This document shows positions 39,623 to 49,936 of a stretch of 64,000 bases of DNA, one piece after another. The DNA comes from Novakomyces olei (taxonomy: Eukaryota), in NCBI GenBank assembly GCA_016906335.1, contig JADEYG010000007.1:496001-560000 (forward strand). The letters run 5' to 3'. Below the pieces are notes generated by a model. That model was not told the origin of the DNA and did not search any database. It saw nothing but the letters and a program-made list of their open reading frames with translations. Positions within the stretch are counted from its first letter, which is position 1. Every line of letters starts with the position of its first letter. The translations under genes were made by a program, and so were the position numbers.

Positions 39623-40328
39623 ATGGGCAAACAGCAATCCAAGCTGAGCCACGATGAGTTGGCAGAGCTGCAGCGATGTACAAAGTGTAAGATATCTCCT
39701 CAACATTGGCGTTGTACTAATGTACAGTTGAAAAAAAGGAATTACAGCAATGGTAATGTTGCGGATAAAAGGGGTTAGCACTTGAATTAACACATTTTGC
39801 AGGTACAAGGGCTTTTTAAAAGACTGTCCATCTGGGAATTTAAACAAGCAAGAGTTTCAAAAAATTTACAAACAGTTTTTCCCCTTTGGCGATCCATCCG
39901 CTTTTGCAGACTATGTCTTCAATGTTTTCGATAACGACAAGAACGGTACAATCGATTTCAAGGAATTTATTTGCGCCTTGAGCGTAACAAGCCGAGGCCG
40001 CTTGGAAGAAAAACTAGTTTGGGCATTTCAGCTCTACGACATCGACAACGATGGGCAAATTACGTACTCTGAAATGCTAAGTATCGTGGAAGCAATTTAC
40101 AAAATGGTCGGCTCTATGGTGAAGCTGCCACCGGACGAGGATACACCGGAAAAGGTAATGGTTGTCTGCTCTGACGCATTGCTAATTTTTCCACAGAGGG
40201 TACGCAAAATATTCACAATGATGGACAAGGACAAGGATGGCACACTTACATTGGAAGAGTTCAAGGAAGGCTCTAAAAAGGATCCAACTATCGTGCAAGC
40301 ATTGAGCTTATACGACGGGCTTGTTTAG
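39623..40328 (+). CDS. FRQ1: Neuronal calcium sensor / frequenin (4 exons)
   Basis: MGKQQSKLS myristoylation start, [14 protein letters not shown]-hands [23 protein letters not shown] and [13 protein letters not shown], ends LYDGLV. Confidence 0.97.
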
Positions 40329-40559
40329 TATGCTTCCGCAAATCCAAGATTTGATCTGTGCTATAAGAATATGAGGATATGAGAAGGGAAATACACATGG
40401 GACACGGCAATGGAGAGAGATGATTCAATTCACTGTAGATTGGGAGAAGAGCATATATGGTGGGTGTAGTAAGGCCCTTCTTTTTGTATGTATTTGAAGG
40501 AATTAATGTATGTTGAAATATGTCAAAACTAGCCCACTATTTAGCAATCGCCCACTGTC

Positions 40560-41344
40560 CTAGACTTTAGCTAGAAAGTCGGCTAACTCGCGATAGCCTT
40601 CCGCAAAACGTTTCTGATGAGTCTCGTTGTTGGGGTCGCTGCGTGCACCCATAAACCCGTGCAATACATCACCATAAGTATGTACGTAGCTCTCCTTGCC
40701 ATATTCTCCGGCCTTCAAGCTCTTTTCAAACTTTTCAATCTCATCTGTTGGCTCGTCCTTTGATGGCATCAACAGCATTGGGCAACCCAGAGTCTTGGCA
40801 TCTGCCGCATCGAGCATACTATTTTGCTCAGTAAATTATAGAATTAATTGGGGAAAACTTACGCTGGATGGACAACAACGGCACGTGTAAAAATGGTACC
40901 TTTCTGAGCAGCAAGCGAGACGACTTTCCCACCCCAGCACAGACCGTAGACTCCGAGGCGAGCTTGTGGGTGCAGCTTTTTCACGGCTACCATTATATTG
41001 TTCATTGCACCCTCTGACTTTTTCCAATCTGCAGGTCCGGCAAAGAACTCACCCAGCCTCTTTTGCTTTTCTTCAGTGTCAGGGGGAAAGTCTGAAACAG
41101 ACATCTTCTCCCCATGAAAAAAATCTGGCAGTAGGACCTGGGCATCGTCCAGCGAGGAAACAATATCGGCCCCCTTGAGTACCTGAGGACTGAATCCGAA
41201 TACGTCAAAAACGCCAATGACGATTCGCTTGGGCTCTTCAGGACCGACTTTGTAAGTCTTGAATCCAGCGACCTCTGTGTATGAGCCCTTTCCCTCGTAC
41301 GACGAGCTCACGGGTCCGAAATCTGTATTGCAGCAAGAAGACAT
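40560..41344 (-). CDS. Dienelactone hydrolase family protein (2 exons)
   Basis: N-terminal CC, DVFG, PDFF, nucleophile elbow GLCWGG, HGF. Confidence 0.92.
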
Positions 41345-42196
41345 TGCGTCGGTGTTTAGTCGGCACTAGTTTGTTCCGACCGGAGTGTATTATGTTGGGG
41401 CGGAGATTATTATTATATATAGTAGATCTGTTACATAATAGTGACTTCAAACTTACTTGTACGTCATACCGCGAAATCAGTCTCGCTTTTTTCTCATAGA
41501 AAACCCTGACTATATGCGAAAGGTCAATTGCCAATGAGTATGGAGATTGAAGCCTGAAGCTTGTGCCCGAGTCTTTGCGCGGGGACAAACAGCCACAAGT
41601 GGTACAACGACGCTTTTGTTGACAACGCACCTTGGTTTCATTTTGTACTGGTTTTTAAGATTATTTATTGCGAATCGTTCTGCGTCAGCGTTCATATTGT
41701 ATGCAGGTGTCGCCGACTTTGATTCTCGCTTTTCCTTTACTTTTCCTTTCAGGCTACCTCACAGCGACATATCATTTCCCGACGCTCATTCTACACGTCT
41801 ATTTTCAGCTTCTCGAGCATAACGTGGTGGTACGTTTGTTTGCCTATGCTTTCATCCTAATTATTCCCATTGAGCCTGATTTACTCAACGTACAGCCCAA
41901 ATTGATCGGCATCGCGCTCCTTTTATCTGCCGCGTTTGGCTTGCTCGTGATCGTGCTCTATCGAATATCGACTGCCGAAAAAGCATCTGTAGGTCTTAAT
42001 TGGAAGCAATTGCTCCGAAAATGTATTTGAAGACTAACTTTGGCCAAGAATCTTCTTTTCTTCGAATCGGTTTCAGCTCGAGAGCAATTGAGGCGCCGGG
42101 GTAGCTTTTAGCCTGGTTTCCCCGGTGCCATTCTACAAATTGCTGGATTTTTCAGCCAAAAGTGTTTTCTCTTGAGATTTCTGTTTGGTATTGTCC

Positions 42197-44329
42197 ATGG
42201 ACAACGTGCCTTCTGAGGGGTGTGTGCATGTATATTATCCAGACAATTATGGCCAAATATCAGAGCTACCCATTGGTGCTGAGATATTGGGGTGGAAAAA
42301 TGGTCGCAATGAATATGTGGTTGTATATATAACAACAAACGCGGCAACGCTTCTCCAAAGTCACCTTTCTAAAGTACGAACGGCTTTGCAAACGACTTCA
42401 GGCGCTGACGTTGAAGAGTCCAGTCGCTCAATTCTCAAGCGTCTAAGGATCATTGGATGTGTGGCAAACAGTCAGCATGATCGATACCCCCACGATGGGT
42501 CTAAGCAACACGAGATTATCCTTTTGCGTGACCTATCAAAACGCTGGGAACCAGTTTTTGATACTGTTTCTGAGAATAACAACGAGAAATTAGCTTTTCT
42601 CATCGTCACATATAGGCCACCGAGGCTTCAACAAATGCAATTTTTATCCGTAAAGCCAATGAAACTGGATCTTGCCTCAGAGCAGGCTCATATGCTTTCG
42701 TATGATAGTCTCGAGCAGCAGCAGCACACACAGCTACTCGTCGAGAAAGTTCGTTATCATGTATCTGAAAAATCACGCATATTATACAGCAAAGCTCCTA
42801 AGTATACAGCAATGCTCTTGGAGCAATTGAATCATGTGTATCTGCTCTATTTTGATCTTGGACAGCTTGAATACTGCGATCAGGGGCAAACGTTTTTCTA
42901 TGGCCAGTTCACTGTTTTTGATCGAGTATTGCAGAAAATTGCTCGCGTGTACATGTTTATATTGGGAATAGTTTTCGTGGCTAGTCGAATTGCTGCCGAA
43001 GCGCTATTATGGGTACTAGATGTCCGGCCACCACCTATACCATCAGCACCCAGTTTCAAGTATCTTTTCGCTTCTGCTCAGCAGATTGATATTCGCTTAC
43101 AACAAAGCTGCTACTGGCCAGTGCAAGGGATGAATGTACAGGCAAAAACTTCCGACCTGTTCACATTACCGACGTATGATCCGTCAGGGTATATTCGATT
43201 CTACAATTCCCTTTGGCTGGTAGCTAATGACATCATTATTGGCATGGCACTAGGTACATGGATTTTGGAAAATGTGGATATAGTTGCGTTCAGCTTGAAA
43301 TGGGCCTGTGAACTGTACACTGTTCAGACAGTTGCGCAATCTCTACGCTGGCTTATGAAATGGCCAGGTGGATTTAAGCTAAATAATGAGCTGGCCATAT
43401 TTATGGGCGATTTATTTCTGTGGCTTATAAATTTTTGGCAAAATTCCTTGCATTTTTGTGCGCCTCTGTTCCCTTCACTTGTGTGTTTTGTGGGTTACAG
43501 TGGATTTGCAGGCGCTTCTTTGACCATTTCCATTGTCTCTGATCTTTTGTCCATTTTTACTTTGCATGTATACATTTTCTACACAACATCTGCCAGGCTC
43601 TACAATTGGCAGCTAAATATTTTGATTTCTTTATTCCACCTTTTCCGAGGACGTAAACGCAATGTTTTGCGAAATCGTATCGATTCGTCCGACTATGATT
43701 TAGATCAGCTGCTCCTGGGCACAATCATGTTTACCTTATTTGCATTTCTCTTCCCGACAGTCTTGGTATTTTACTTCAACTTTGCTCTCGCACGTATTGC
43801 AGTCATTTCCATCAAAATTGTGCTTGATGCTATGCTGGCTTTTCTGAACCATTTCCCCTTATTTGCTATTATGCTACGGATCAAGGACCCCTGTCGATTG
43901 CCAGGAGGCATTTCGTACTGGGTGCATACAGCCTCTTCGAGCAAGGATAGCAGCGTAATGGCGAACGGTCATCTTAATGGTGGCCTGCCAAACGATGCAC
44001 TCGCAAATACAACATTTGTCCGGCTTCATTCGACTCCATTACCGCTGTCTGCTCTCTTTAGACAGTATTTGAAACTTGCACAAAGGCTACGCAAATACTA
44101 TTTCAGCAAACAGGTAATGCGAGCATTTGCACAGGGTATAATCGTGCCCGCTATACCTCGTGAGCGGCTATACGATCTTCAATATTCTATGCTCCCTTCA
44201 CATCGAATAACGGTGGAGCAACTATGGCATCTTTTTGTTGCAAGTCCAGAAGCCGTTAATGGCGATATGAGCACAGTGCGTTCAACTGCACGTCGAGCAA
44301 ATCATGGGTCCAAACGGAAACGTCGATAA
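42197..44329 (+). CDS. GPI1: GPI-GlcNAc transferase subunit Gpi1 (PIG-Q)
   Basis: QQIDIRLQQ, YIRFYNSLWLVANDIIIG, WPGGFKLNNEL, LFRGRKRNVLRNRIDS, DQLLLGT. Confidence 0.95.
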   Translation: MDNVPSEGCVHVYYPDNYGQISELPIGAEILGWKNGRNEYVVVYITTNAATLLQSHLSKVRTALQTTSGADVEESSRSILKRLRIIGCVANSQHDRYPHDGSKQHEIILLRDLSKRWEPVFDTVSENNNEKLAFLIVTYRPPRLQQMQFLSVKPMKLDLASEQAHMLSYDSLEQQQHTQLLVEKVRYHVSEKSRILYSKAPKYTAMLLEQLNHVYLLYFDLGQLEYCDQGQTFFYGQFTVFDRVLQKIARVYMFILGIVFVASRIAAEALLWVLDVRPPPIPSAPSFKYLFASAQQIDIRLQQSCYWPVQGMNVQAKTSDLFTLPTYDPSGYIRFYNSLWLVANDIIIGMALGTWILENVDIVAFSLKWACELYTVQTVAQSLRWLMKWPGGFKLNNELAIFMGDLFLWLINFWQNSLHFCAPLFPSLVCFVGYSGFAGASLTISIVSDLLSIFTLHVYIFYTTSARLYNWQLNILISLFHLFRGRKRNVLRNRIDSSDYDLDQLLLGTIMFTLFAFLFPTVLVFYFNFALARIAVISIKIVLDAMLAFLNHFPLFAIMLRIKDPCRLPGGISYWVHTASSSKDSSVMANGHLNGGLPNDALANTTFVRLHSTPLPLSALFRQYLKLAQRLRKYYFSKQVMRAFAQGIIVPAIPRERLYDLQYSMLPSHRITVEQLWHLFVASPEAVNGDMSTVRSTARRANHGSKRKRR

Positions 44330-44463
44330 GGCTTCCGTTGATAGAATAAAGCAAAGCAATGGGACAAAAAATATCGTAAATTATAATGAAAGCACCGATC
44401 ATGGGTAATTAATATTAATATTAAAATGAAAATTGAAATGAAACCCCGGCACGGCCAACGGCT

Positions 44464-44548
44464 TTTAGATGCTTAGAGATTAGATGCTTAGCTTAGATGC
44501 CTAAGCTTAAACGCTTAAGTTTAGATGCTTAAGCTAAGACGTTTAGCT
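44464..44548. repeat. Degenerate TTAGATGC / TTAAGC repeat
   Basis: Repeated units between convergent genes. Confidence 0.7.
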
Positions 44549-44629
44549 TTGATAATTAAAGCCAACATAGTGTCGATACCGATTAGCAATAGTAAAGTAT
44601 GGCACTCCAACCCCGTGCCTGCAACCCTA

Positions 44630-45442
44630 CTACCTCCCTTGACTGTGTCTCGCCGTATCTCCAAACCGCTCACGGGCCATTTGTTTCAGCATTTCCATAG
44701 TTTTCGCTTCCCTTTCTCGCCGTGAGCGCAACCGGCTGTCCTGTTCCTCGTCACGCTGCAGCATTCGCAGCCGGAGCCATTCCTCTCGTTCCCGCTGAGC
44801 ATTTCGCTGCCGTGCCAGAGCAGCATCGTACCCGTCTTCCTGGCCTGAGCCCATTAGCTGCTGGTCACTTATTTCTGCAAGAGCGTCATGTGCCACCGAC
44901 TCTTGAGCCCTCGAGACCCGTTCCCTACGCTGCTCCTGTCTGCGCTCCTGTGACCCCGCTGGAGCACGTGCCAACTGCTCTTCCCGCTCCGCCCGGCGCT
45001 GACTCCGCTCAGCAGTCCGCCGCTCTGATCTTTCAAGCTCCCTCTGCCTCTGTGTCTCCTGCTGCCGATCTTCAAGGCGCACTTGCCAGTCTCCCGCTGT
45101 CGGGGCAGTGGGGCCGGAAATTTTAGGGCCAGAAATTATGGGGCCAGAAATTTTAGGGCTCGTGGCGGCCGGCATCGGCCCGATTTCCTCGTGCTCAGAA
45201 TCCTCGCCAAGCTCTTTGGCACAATGGCCTCTGCGCCACTCTGACTCGCCAGGACTGCCTTTCGATTGTGGGGCGAGTGCTGTATAGTACTCTTGCGCTA
45301 ACCGGCCAGAGTTCCACAGGCGGACAAATTTGCGGAAGAGCGCATGCCGCTCCGCCCGCGAAAGCGAGCTCGGCCGCTTCTGAGACCAACGCTCTATTAG
45401 CGGCTGAACCGCCTTGTAATCTTGGCCACCTAGTCTTCTCAT
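44630..45442 (-). CDS. Conserved hypothetical Arg/Glu-rich protein with an SCI1-like F..FV..WN.G.L...YY block
   Basis: LFRKFVRLWNSGRLAQEYY, GP..P repeats, charged coiled coil ending MLKQMARERFG. Confidence 0.7.
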   Translation of the reverse strand: MRRLGGQDYKAVQPLIERWSQKRPSSLSRAERHALFRKFVRLWNSGRLAQEYYTALAPQSKGSPGESEWRRGHCAKELGEDSEHEEIGPMPAATSPKISGPIISGPKISGPTAPTAGDWQVRLEDRQQETQRQRELERSERRTAERSQRRAEREEQLARAPAGSQERRQEQRRERVSRAQESVAHDALAEISDQQLMGSGQEDGYDAALARQRNAQREREEWLRLRMLQRDEEQDSRLRSRREREAKTMEMLKQMARERFGDTARHSQGR

Positions 45443-45744
45443 TTCTCCACGACTTTTGCGACTTGTTAGGGTTATGAATTATTTGGGTTCTTTTTAGGGT
45501 TTATCTTTACAAGAACTGTATGTTTTGATTGGTTTACGTATATTCTCTATATCGTCTATATTCCCTATATCGTCTATATTCTCTAAATATTCCAGCGGGA
45601 TGGTGGGATGGTCCCCGCAAACCCTTTATCCCTTACCAGTCTTTTGGTTACGTCTGCCAATCACCTTCACCGGCTCTTCCTTCTCGAAGAGTGACGGCGC
45701 GTCGCAAAAGGCAATGCGTACGTCTGTCGTACAAAAATCCTGTT

Positions 45745-48700
45745 ATGTCGAACAAACGGCGTCGGCACTCGCCGCCGCCGCCGACAGTAAGAGACGAGAC
45801 TGGCCGGTTAAAATTACAGTGTAATCATCCGGGATGCACTCGGTCGTTCTTGCGTGCAGAGCATCTGACACGGCACAAACTGAATCGTAATTTTTGTGCA
45901 TTATTTCATTTTATTTATTTTATTTATTTATTTATTCATTTTATTTTATTTTTTGCTTTTCTCTGCTTGCATTGTGCTAATCTGGAGACATCGATTTTGC
46001 CTTCTCTTGTGATATTTGTGGGAGACGGTTTTCACGCAATGATCTGCTGCAGAAGCATCTGCTTCGGCACCAGCGCCGAGCGCAGCGAGACGGGTCTGCT
46101 TCAGTGCCAGTAAAGCACGAGTTTGTTGAGAGTCACGGGCGGCGGGCGAGTGGGCCGGCTGCTGGTAGTAGCCAGGCGAGCCAGCAGAGGGAGGAGGCAA
46201 GGAGCACGATAATAGAGGGGACAGGAGACTCGTTGGGAGAAGGCCAGTCGGCAGTAGGCCAGTCGGCAGTAGGAGCCGGCAAGCCTTTAGGAGCACAGAA
46301 GCCTGGGCTTCAGGTGAAGGATAATGTGCCCAATGACCCTACTCGCAATGGTGCTCCTCAAATGGGTGTCTCTGCCACACAAAGTACGCATCCGTCGGCC
46401 CATACAAAAATGGACCGTGTACCGGCTCTTCCCGCTGATATTGCCGGGTCTATTGAGGTGGGTGGTGGCTCTCAAAGTCGAACGGAAAATGAGCTAAACA
46501 GTCTTATTCTGCAGAGCCCTGCTGATCGAAATTTTGAATTTATGGCCTCCAATTCCTCGCTAAACGGTGCTGGTGGCAATGGCATGGCGCTGTCCACCTC
46601 GCCCCAGTCTCAGCCATTGGACTGGATGGGTCCATCGTTTGCTATGCCTGCGGCTGAGGATTTTTTCCAGTCTACCGATATGCTGTTCCCAAGATTCGAC
46701 TGGCTGTCGCAAGGAAATGGCCTATTTAATGAGGGCCCTAACCAGGATTCTTTGGGAATTATTTTCGAAAGCTCTCCTGAAGTCTCGTCTTCCTTTGGCC
46801 GAGCAGACTCGGATGCAGGGTCGAGTGAGCATCAGGGGCCGGTAGCTGCGAATTCAGCAAAGGCAGTTATCCCCTCTTCGAACCTTCAGTACTTTGATAT
46901 ATTCGAAGAAGAAAGGGAGAGCCCTGCTGGAGGGCCACCTGTGCCCGCGCACGTGCCTTCGGAGGCATTGCTTAGTTTGCAGTTTGCTGACCGATTTGAG
47001 GTGACTCCACAACTGCATCAGAGGCTAATGGAATTGCTTCCGGCCAAGCTGCACAAGGATCCCAAGCTGGTTACGCCCTACGCGTGCTCTCGGATTATTG
47101 ACAGTGCTTTTAAATGGATTGAGCTGCTGAATTCGATCTTTCATCGGCCTACGTGTACTATCGCAAAGACGCCTATTCATCTCGTCCTCTCATTCATGTC
47201 CTTTGGCTTACTGGCTTCTGGGGATATTACGTCTTTTAGCACTGGCTTGGAGCTTCATTGTATTTGTCGAAAGATGTTGTTTGACGTAAGTCTTGTTTTG
47301 AAATGAATTCCTTCTATTATATATTTCCTTATATTATATATTTTATATTTATTCACAAAATTTCAGCCAGAAATATCCGTTCAATCCGTCGACTTGTCAT
47401 GGCTTCAGGCCATGCTTCTAAACCAACTTGCCGGCACGTTTCTTTGCCGCCGTGTTGATCATGAAAAGGCACACGTTATGCATGGGCAATTAATCACTCT
47501 GGCAAGAAGAAGCAATTTCCTCGTTGACGAGCCTGTCAAGATCGCTAAATCTGCCAAGACAGAGACGCATTGGTCAGAGTGGGCGCGACGCGAAGCGGTT
47601 AAACGGTAAGCACTATTTCCCGTTTTGCCTTGTTTTCTTGAACTTTTTACCTCTTTTCTTTGTCTTTATCCTTTTCTTTATATTCCTTTTAATCAAAGAC
47701 CCATTTCCTTTTTTCTTTTGTATTTATTCCTTTTTTCTCTTGTATTTCTTTCTTTTTTCTCTTGTATTTATTTCTTTTCCTCTTGTATTTATTCCTTTTC
47801 CTCTTGTATTTATTTCTTTTGTCTTTTGTATTTATTTCTTTTCCTCTTGTATTTATTTCTTTTGTCTTTTGTATTTATTTCTTTTCCTCTTGTATTTATT
47901 TCTTTTCCTCTTGTATTTATTTCTTTTCCTCTTGTATTTCTTTCTTTTCCTCTTGTATTTCTTTCTTTTCCTCTTGTATTTCTTTCTTTTCCTCTTGTAT
48001 TTATTCCTTTTCCTCTTGTATTTCTTTCTTTCTCCTTTCCCTTTTCCCTATTCGAATTCTAACCACAGACTGGCGCTGTACATCTACGTCACCGACATTG
48101 AACAAGCTGCTCTCTTTGGCCATCAAAAACTAATGAATCTCGAAGACCTGCGGCTGCAGCTGCCGTGTGACGATCCGCTTTGGGCGGCTACTACGCTGCA
48201 AGAATGGAGTCGGCTGCTCAGCAAGGTGTCGAGGCAAAAACCGGTCACCGCTACCCCCACCACGGCCCCCACCACGGCCATTATGGGAGATGCCTCCTTC
48301 TCCCCCCACCGAGGCCAAATACGTGACCTTTTACTGTCGTGCTACCAGCGAGTTGACAAAGCAGAGGAGTCAGAGTACCTGGAAGTGCCTCTTGCGCTTA
48401 GTCCGCTGTCCATGTATATTATCTCCCACGGCTTTATGGACATGATAATATCGTTCCAGCGTAAACGCGATGCCTTCCATCTGCACTCGCCCTCCTCGCA
48501 GCCGTCCACGCAGACGGAATATGACCGTGAGCGGAGGTTAATGTATGGAATGTTGGCAGCCTGGAGCAAAGCAGTTTTGCGGAACAAGGCTGCTGAAGGC
48601 CAGCAAGCGCAGGCAATTGCTGCTCCCTTTTTGACGCTGTTAATGGAGAGCTCCGTTATCGTCTACCATTTGTGTTACTTGATGCTCGGCGCCCACGTGG

Positions 48701-49338
48701 CCGATTTGGAAATGGCGGCAGGAGCTCCTTTTACACACGGCCGGCCGGTCTCCCATGAGCGTGCCCTGTCTGCACTTACGCGTCTGGCTGCTACGCGTAT
48801 CAGCGACCTGACTATTAGCCACGCGTTGGGGATAGTGGAAACGGTTACGCGTACATCCCACTCCAGCGGTAACGCAATGCGTCTCGAATCCGGCAGTGCA
48901 ACTCCGACGTGTGATTGGAGGGCAGTTGAGCCGCCGGCGAGAGAGCAGCGGCAAGGGCTGCTTGTGCCTTATGCTCTTTACTTGGCCGCACTGACCATTT
49001 GGGCTTATTGTATGAGCCTTTCTCGCGATTCTAATGCGAACAATGGCTTTGTTCCACCCACACTTTCCTCGGCCGAGTTTATACAGTTCAGCACGACGCT
49101 GAGACAATCTGCAGGCGCTCAAACTGACGCAGCCAGCCATCGGTCTATTGATTTAATTACACAGTTCAGGGAGGCTCTGAACGGTACGAATAGCCAGCAG
49201 AGGCTGCGAGAATTGCTGCGGCCACTGCTGAGTATGGTCGCAAGGCACCTGGCGCACACGCGCAGCGAGATATCGGCAGAGGCGAGTGCGGTTATCCGGC
49301 TGCTGTACAAGGGCGCCAGTTCGTGGGACGAGTTTTAG
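45745..49338 (+). CDS. C2H2 zinc-finger transcription factor with fungal-specific middle homology region (4 exons)
   Basis: CNHPGCTRSFLRAEHLTRHKLNH and CDICGRRFSRNDLLQKHLLRH after splicing; FHRPT, LQAMLL, W..W...E...R, LPCDDPLWAA. Confidence 0.9.
47716..48030 (+). repeat. Intronic pyrimidine-rich ~21-bp tandem repeat (CTTTTCCTCTTGTATTT(A/C)TTT)
   Basis: More than 10 copies inside intron 47606-48068. Confidence 0.9.
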
Positions 49339-49356
49339 ACTGTAGCTATTAAAAAG

Positions 49357-49586
49357 TTAACATTAGGGTTAACAACAAGGTTACATTAGGGTTAACATTA
49401 GGGTTTACATTAGGGTTAACAATAGGGTTAGCACTAGGGTTTAACAATAGGGTTAGCACTAGGGTTAACACTAGGGTTAACAAAAGGGTTAGCACTAGGG
49501 TTTAACAATAGTGTTAACAACAGGTTTACAATAGGGTTAACAATAGGGTTAACAAGGTTAACAACAAGGTTTACAATTAGGGTTAC
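49357..49586 (+). repeat. Degenerate telomere-like array (~12-bp TAGGGTTA(A/G)CAH units)
   Basis: Many AGGGTT / AGGTT cores in tandem between convergent genes. Confidence 0.85.
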
Positions 49587-49936
49587 TGTTTTGTAGGGCA
49601 AGAGGATGGATGATTCGGACAGGTTCAGGCTACTGCCCCCGCCGTTATTGCTCATTTTCTAGTGTATTAATTAGGTAAAACTATTTAAAGAACAAGATGG
49701 TATAAACTCACGTTGGGTCATTAAAACGCGTCATCATAAATACAAAATTACATCCATCAGTAGAATGGCAGCTCGGCAACGAAAACTTGTAGCAGCAGTA
49801 GTGTAGAAATAAATAAAAAGTAGGCGTAATAAACAGGCGAAAAGCAGTAGAGTAGGCAAACGGATCCCAACCCCTGTCCGTTGCAGCATCCAGGCAAGAC
49901 GTGCTCGTATTGCCGAAAAAGCACTGGCTCTGCTGA

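Noticed and set aside
47524-48133. Hydrophobic 'membrane protein' ORFs (FLLYLFL repeats)
   Set aside because: They are translations of an intronic tandem repeat bounded by GTAAGC and CTAAC..CAG.
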